Origin: Thermoanaerobaculia bacterium
GTDB taxonomy: Bacteria; Acidobacteriota; Thermoanaerobaculia; Gp7-AA8
Length of the DNA stretch: 60,062 nucleotides
NCBI GenBank assembly: GCA_036387915.1
Contig: DASVSV010000315.1
Coordinates: 1-60,062, forward strand
Direction: 5' to 3'
Part shown: one piece after another, positions 58,910 through 60,062 of the stretch
Layout: every line of letters starts with the position of its first letter
How positions within the stretch are numbered: position 1 is the stretch's first letter
Position numbers and translations under genes: made by a program
Notes under the pieces: generated by a model
What the model saw: the letters and a program-made list of their open reading frames with translations, nothing else
Told to the model about the DNA's origin: nothing
Database searches by the model: none

Positions 58910-59239
58910 CGCGGAGCGGATGGCCAGCTCGCGGACAATGATCGTGAGGTCGCGTTCGATCCGCCGCAGCCGCACGTAGACCGCGAAGAAGCCGAACACC
59001 ATCCCCAGGATGGCGAAGTAGAGGACGAGGTCCGTGCCGCGGCCGATGCCCAGCACGCGCGCCACTTCGCCGGTCAATTCGGGACGCGCGATCGCGACCG
59101 CGGCCGCAATCCACAAAAGGCCCCACGCAAATCCCACGCGCGGCGCGAGCGTGCGGCGGACAGTGAGCGTCAGCGTGACGGCGAACGAGACACCGAGCAC
59201 GGCGAAGGCGATCCACTGGAACGAAGTCAACGCATCCAC
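58832..59239 (-). CDS. DUF2304-family small membrane protein
   Basis: 4 TM helices, the sequence GRGTDLVLYFAILGMVF, and the typical position directly downstream of a GT2 gene. Confidence 0.65.
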   Translation of the reverse strand: MDALTSFQWIAFAVLGVSFAVTLTLTVRRTLAPRVGFAWGLLWIAAAVAIARPELTGEVARVLGIGRGTDLVLYFAILGMVFGFFAVYVRLRRIERDLTIIVRELAIRSASHVDAGAAIDVDDRGGVRGGGETLH

Positions 59240-59895
59240 CTCCCGAGGACATAGTCCGCCAGTATGCGCAACGCGGCGAAGGACGACTGCCCTTTGCGCC
59301 GCGAGTAATCGGTGTAGCGCACGTGCACCGGCACCTCCTCGTAACGCAGCTCGTGTCGCACGATCTGGTCGAGCAGCTCGCTCGCATGGGCCATGCGATC
59401 GAGACGGATGTCGAGCTTCGCCGCCGCCGCACGCGTGAATGCGCGCAGTCCATTGTGTGTGTCAGTGACGCGCACGCCCGATGCGAGACGCGTGAAGATC
59501 ACCGCCGCCGCGAGGATCGCTTTGCGGCGGCGCGGCATCCCCTCGGTCGTACCGATGAAGCGCGAGCCGAGGACCACGTCCGCACGCCCGGCGCGCAACG
59601 GCGCGACCAGCGTCTCGACGTCTTCCGCCGCGTGCTGCCCGTCACTGTCGAATGTAACGATCTCCTCGGCACCACGCTGCAACGCGCAAGCGATCCCGGT
59701 CTGCAACGCCGCGCCCTGCCCGCGGTTGATGGCGTGTCGCAGCACGATCGCGCCCTGCCGCTTTGCGACGTCCGCGGTCGAATCGCGCGAGCCATCATCC
59801 ACGACGATCACCTCGTGCCCCCGCGCGACGAGCTCCGCGACGACGGCCCCAATCGCCTCCGCCTCGTTGTACGCCGGGATCACCACACTCGTCAC
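59227..59895 (-). CDS. GT2 polyprenyl-phosphate glycosyltransferase (GtrB/DPM1-like)
   Basis: VVIPAYNEAEAI, VVDDGSRDST, FDSDGQH. Confidence 0.85.
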   Translation of the reverse strand: MTSVVIPAYNEAEAIGAVVAELVARGHEVIVVDDGSRDSTADVAKRQGAIVLRHAINRGQGAALQTGIACALQRGAEEIVTFDSDGQHAAEDVETLVAPLRAGRADVVLGSRFIGTTEGMPRRRKAILAAAVIFTRLASGVRVTDTHNGLRAFTRAAAAKLDIRLDRMAHASELLDQIVRHELRYEEVPVHVRYTDYSRRKGQSSFAALRILADYVLGRWMR

Positions 59896-59972
59896 CGCAC
59901 GATTCTAAGGTGAGTTCGACGGCAGAGCGCGCGAGCGTCGCGCACAGCCATGCCGCGGAGCGTTTATGGAGT

Positions 59973-59991
59973 GCGGCGGCCTGGCCGCCGC
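59973..59991. repeat. REP-type palindrome GCGGCGGCC-T-GGCCGCCGC; a second copy begins at the window edge (AAAGCGGCGG, 60053-60062)
   Basis: Read directly in the sequence upstream of the GT2 gene. Confidence 0.6.
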
Positions 59992-60062
59992 TTTCATATT
60001 CGGGAGCAACCTGCCGTTCGGGTGCGGCATCGCTGCGCTGGTCGCGAATACAAAAGCGGCGG

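Overview
This is a GC-rich bacterial chromosomal segment. The repeat content and r-protein features suggest an Acidobacteriota-like lineage, but that is a low-confidence inference. Most of the window is core housekeeping.

**Gene content**
- 1-4372 (-): a ccmABCDEF cytochrome c maturation operon.
- 4401-21038: mixed metabolic and envelope genes. These include a HEAT-cyclophilin lipoprotein, a 2-hydroxyacid dehydrogenase, an FG-GAP protein, an isochorismatase-like hydrolase, two receiver-only response regulators, a PQ-loop-type 3-TM protein, an EamA transporter, an aldehyde dehydrogenase with a GS-like ligase, RmuC, a vapBC toxin-antitoxin pair, a DUF4097 protein and a membrane M28 peptidase.
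- 21081-41868 (-): the complete str/S10/spc/alpha ribosomal protein supercluster, rpsL-rpsG-fusA-tuf-rpsJ...rpoA-rplQ.
- 42009-45426 (-): ornithine cyclodeaminase-like, cupin, DUF4186 and a large membrane protein.
- 45615-59895: a glycan locus. It encodes the full four-enzyme GDP-D-glycero-alpha-D-manno-heptose pathway (GmhA, HddA, GmhB, HddC) and a transaldolase. It also carries an SDR epimerase, a methyltransferase, a mutase-like flavoenzyme, two DPM1/GtrB-like GT2s, two GT4s, DUF2304 and large polytopic GT-C-like membrane proteins.
- No tRNA, rRNA or CRISPR array was found.

**Most unusual signals (all non-coding)**
1. Long hairpins whose two arms are tandem arrays of 7-nt (once 10-nt) units. 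They sit immediately 3' of stop codons inside otherwise tightly packed operons. Seven lie inside the ribosomal protein cluster, and five of those form one AGCTNNC family. Other loci use different unit sequences with the same architecture.
2. A perfect 40-bp inverted repeat fills the only non-overlapping junction of the ccm operon.
3. ccmF carries two in-frame TAG codons, with the protein-like frame continuing past both.
4. Several REP/MITE-like palindromic families occur. One supplies the last codons and the stop codon of gmhB.
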